The position numbers were made by a program, and so were the translations under genes. From IMG/VR virus record IMGVR_UViG_3300043772_002095: 60,567 bases of DNA. One strand, given 5' to 3'. Each line of letters opens with the position of its first letter. Position 1 is the first letter of the stretch. This stretch comes from an uncultured virus (IMG/VR IMGVR_UViG_3300043772_002095) (taxonomy: Duplodnaviria > Heunggongvirae > Uroviricota > Caudoviricetes). Shown here piece after piece: positions 58,658-60,567 of this stretch. A model generated the notes under the pieces. That model was not told the origin of the DNA and did not search any database. It worked only from the letters and a program-made list of their open reading frames with translations.

Positions 58658-58712
58658 ATTAATAAATATACATTTTTTTGGTTATTTGAGAATAATTTTG
58701 TATCTTTGTATT

Positions 58713-59390
58713 ATGAAAATTTGGCACATATCTGACACTCACACCTTTCACGGGTTATTAACAATACCTGAAAATATTGATATGGTCATCCATAGTGGAG
58801 ACGCGACCAACCCAAGAGAACCCTTTCCAAACAAGATTGAGATGGAAAACTTTATCGAGTGGTATAAATCTTTACCTATAAAGTATAAGATTTTTGTTTC
58901 GGGAAATCACGACACATCAATAGAAAGAAAATATATCACAAAAGATAATTTTAAGGATAATGGAATTATTTACTTGGAGAATGAGTCCGTTGAGATTGAA
59001 GGAATTAAGATATGGGGTTCTCCGATAACACCAACATTTGGTATAGGTTGGGCATTCAATAAAAACAGAATGAAAACCCACGAAGTTTGGAAACAGATTC
59101 CAAACGATACTGATATTGTTATCACTCACGGACCACCAAGTACAATCTTAGATTTATCTTATAATAGAGAAAACGAATTGGAGTTTTGTGGTGACACATC
59201 TTTAAGAAAACGTATCTTTGAGATTAAACCAAAGTTATCTTTATTCGGACACATACACAATTGTGAGGACATTATAAACTCTGGTGTTAGAAAGATACCA
59301 AATATCGATACAATATTCAGTAATGGTAGTGTGGTAACAGATGGTAAGTTTGGTAAATTATGTAGTGATGGAAATGTTTTTGATATATAA
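58713..59390 (+). CDS. Calcineurin-like metallophosphoesterase (start revised, MKIWH)
   Basis: 'ISDTH', 'HSGD', 'GNHD', 'THGPP', 'FGHIH'; ATG 4 nt after the -7 box at 58701. Confidence 0.88.
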   Translation: MKIWHISDTHTFHGLLTIPENIDMVIHSGDATNPREPFPNKIEMENFIEWYKSLPIKYKIFVSGNHDTSIERKYITKDNFKDNGIIYLENESVEIEGIKIWGSPITPTFGIGWAFNKNRMKTHEVWKQIPNDTDIVITHGPPSTILDLSYNRENELEFCGDTSLRKRIFEIKPKLSLFGHIHNCEDIINSGVRKIPNIDTIFSNGSVVTDGKFGKLCSDGNVFDI

Positions 59391-59448
59391 AGATTATAAA
59401 TGAAATTTTAAAAACGAAATGAACAAAGACTTATTTGTTATTGATATT

Positions 59449-59528
59449 GGTATATATGAAGTACCTAACGACAAAACTTAAAAATTAGTACAAACCTTAT
59501 GAGGTATTTCACATATACCTTGTTATAA
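59449..59528 (+). repeat. attC-like site 1 (long type, left TAAC end missing)
   Basis: GGTATATATGAAGTACCT (59449-59466) pairs 16/18 with AGGTATTTCACATATACC (59502-59519), then TT-GTTATAA. Confidence 0.6.
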
Positions 59529-59540
59529 AACGTTATTTAT

Positions 59541-59741
59541 ATGGAAATCAAATTTTATTGGAACGGAAGTTTTGCTGGAACTAATCACAGTATGACAATA
59601 AACGGAAAGAATATTAGATTAGGTGGTATTGTTTCAAATGAAAATGAAGCAAAACTGAAAGCAGTTGAGATATTGAAGCAAGATTATGGAATTGACTATA
59701 ATGTTGATGAAATAAAATTTGAGTGGGGTGGTCGTTTATAA
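59541..59741 (+). CDS. Cassette A hypothetical protein
   Basis: 66 aa; stop codon lies inside the cassette's right inverted repeat. Confidence 0.75.
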   Translation: MEIKFYWNGSFAGTNHSMTINGKNIRLGGIVSNENEAKLKAVEILKQDYGIDYNVDEIKFEWGGRL

Positions 59742-59745
59742 TGTT

Positions 59746-59799
59746 TTATAACGGCTGCAAATATATTGTCGTTTTAATGCAATATATTTGTTGTTAGCA
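59746..59799 (+). repeat. attC-like site 2
   Basis: TAAC-GGCTG-CAAATATATTG-TCGTTTTAATG-CAATATATTTG-TT-GTTA. Confidence 0.8.
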
Positions 59800-59816
59800 A
59801 TAGTTTATTTAATAAT

Positions 59817-60056
59817 GTAGATAGAATGCACAGTTGTGTTTTATCTTTGAAGATAACGGCAGGTGAGATGTATTATTCTCTGAAATAGGTTAGACTGCAC
59901 AGAACCGTAAATTCGGTTGTAGAGGTTGGTGATACCGTGACAAAAATCATCTATACTGCACACATACAGTATATCAGGATACGACAGAGGCTGAGAAGCG
60001 CATCTATGGGTGTAATAGCAGAGCCGACCTTGAGATATGTCGATACTGGTGCAGTG
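59817..60056 (+). ncRNA. Putative structured non-coding RNA carried as cassette B (strand and ends inferred)
   Basis: No long + strand ORF; visibly GC-richer than its surroundings; multiple stems including ACTGCAC/GTGCAGT and CAGTAT/ATACTG. Confidence 0.45.
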
Positions 60057-60071
60057 AATTTTTTTAATTAT

Positions 60072-60125
60072 TGCTAACGTCTGATGATAAACAATCGTTT
60101 TAATGTTGTTTATCATTTGTTATAT
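60072..60125 (+). repeat. attC-like site 3
   Basis: TAAC-GTCTG-ATGATAAACAA-TCGTTTTAATG-TTGTTTATCAT-TT-GTTA. Confidence 0.8.
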
Positions 60126-60148
60126 TTAGTATCAAAAATTTTATACAA

Positions 60149-60415
60149 ATGAAAAATATGAATTTACCAGAAAAGATTAAACTGAATGGTTATGGAGAAA
60201 TGATTGAATTTTCTTTGACCGACAAACGAGAAATAAAATACTACGGAAAAACAAAAACATCAAACGAAAGTTTATGGAGAACCGATAAATTAAAAGATAA
60301 TGAAGTATTTTATCAAACTGAATGGGGTTGGGGTGTTTTTGTTGATGTGGATAAAATGGAAACCATTTCTTATCATGGAACAGATTGGGGAGGTCAAAAA
60401 ATAATAAACTCATAA
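60149..60415 (+). CDS. Cassette C hypothetical protein
   Basis: 88 aa; stop codon inside the right inverted repeat. Confidence 0.75.
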   Translation: MKNMNLPEKIKLNGYGEMIEFSLTDKREIKYYGKTKTSNESLWRTDKLKDNEVFYQTEWGWGVFVDVDKMETISYHGTDWGGQKIINS

Positions 60416-60430
60416 AATTTTTGATATTGA

Positions 60431-60484
60431 ATATAACGTCTGATGATAAACAATCGTTTTAATGTTGTTTATCATTTGTTATAC
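60431..60484 (+). repeat. attC-like site 4
   Basis: 50 bp (60434-60483) identical to 60075-60124. Confidence 0.8.
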
Positions 60485-60538
60485 ACAGTATTTTGTGTGG
60501 TGGGTTGATATTAACAAAATAAATTAGTATTTTAGTAA

Positions 60539-60567
60539 ATGAAAATAGAAATACCTTTATATAATAT
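60539..60567 (+). CDS. Probable start of cassette D ORF (MKIEIPLYN..., truncated)
   Basis: First ATG after site 4; frame open to the window end. Confidence 0.4.

Larger units (their letters stand above)
59449..60567 (+). mobile_element. Integron-like gene-cassette array (attC-like sites, no integrase in window), truncated by window end
   Basis: Four hairpin sites each ending TT-GTTA. Each of the three complete intervening units has matching GTTA.../...TAAC terminal inverted repeats. Confidence 0.75.

Noticed and set aside
59841..60116. 91-aa minus-strand ORF
   Set aside because: It starts inside attC-like site 3, runs opposite to the other cassette genes and has atypical composition; probably incidental.
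2957..60413. Numerous short ORFs antisense to or nested in longer genes (e.g. 2957-3154, 8239-8688, 10448-10765, 23338-23763, 33559-33927, 60177-60413)
   Set aside because: They are shadow frames of well-supported genes and have no promoter motif.
59746..60484. CRISPR array
   Set aside because: The intervening units are 270-360 bp and carry genes, the repeat arms vary while keeping their pairing, and no cas operon is present.
59746..60484. Simple rho-independent terminators
   Set aside because: The stems are AT-rich without a long U tract, and terminators would not explain the cassette-specific GTTA/TAAC end matching.

Overview
AT-rich, densely coding segment of a large tailed dsDNA phage (jumbo-phage-like) whose host is most likely a Bacteroidota bacterium. 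The host inference rests on a Bacteroidota-type sigma70 gene, an Hc1-like protein and about 23 copies of the Bacteroidota TTTG-N19/20-TAnnTT(T/C)G promoter. Left part (1-39.4 kb): virion-like proteins; a replication/recombination block (RuvC-like resolvase, primase, PD-(D/E)xK nuclease, Mre11/SbcD-like and Rad50/SbcC-like proteins); sigma factor, amidase, non-specific nuclease, DnaJ, thioredoxin and glutaredoxin; three orphan DNA methyltransferases; two free-standing homing endonucleases; and a DHH protein. Middle (39.5-47.8 kb): a hyperplastic array of small genes, most with their own copy of a host-type promoter placed for leaderless transcription, plus one tRNA-Arg(TCT) and two aberrant tRNA-like RNAs. 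A second motif, ATATTTAT, precedes about 19 genes on both strands and is a probable late promoter. The most striking feature is at the right end (59.45 kb to the window edge): an integron-like cassette array. Four attC-like hairpins separate three complete promoterless cassettes. Each cassette has its own terminal inverted repeat, and one carries a structured, apparently non-coding sequence instead of a gene. No integrase is present in the window, and the array runs off the edge. All protein calls come from motif recognition by eye; no searches were run.
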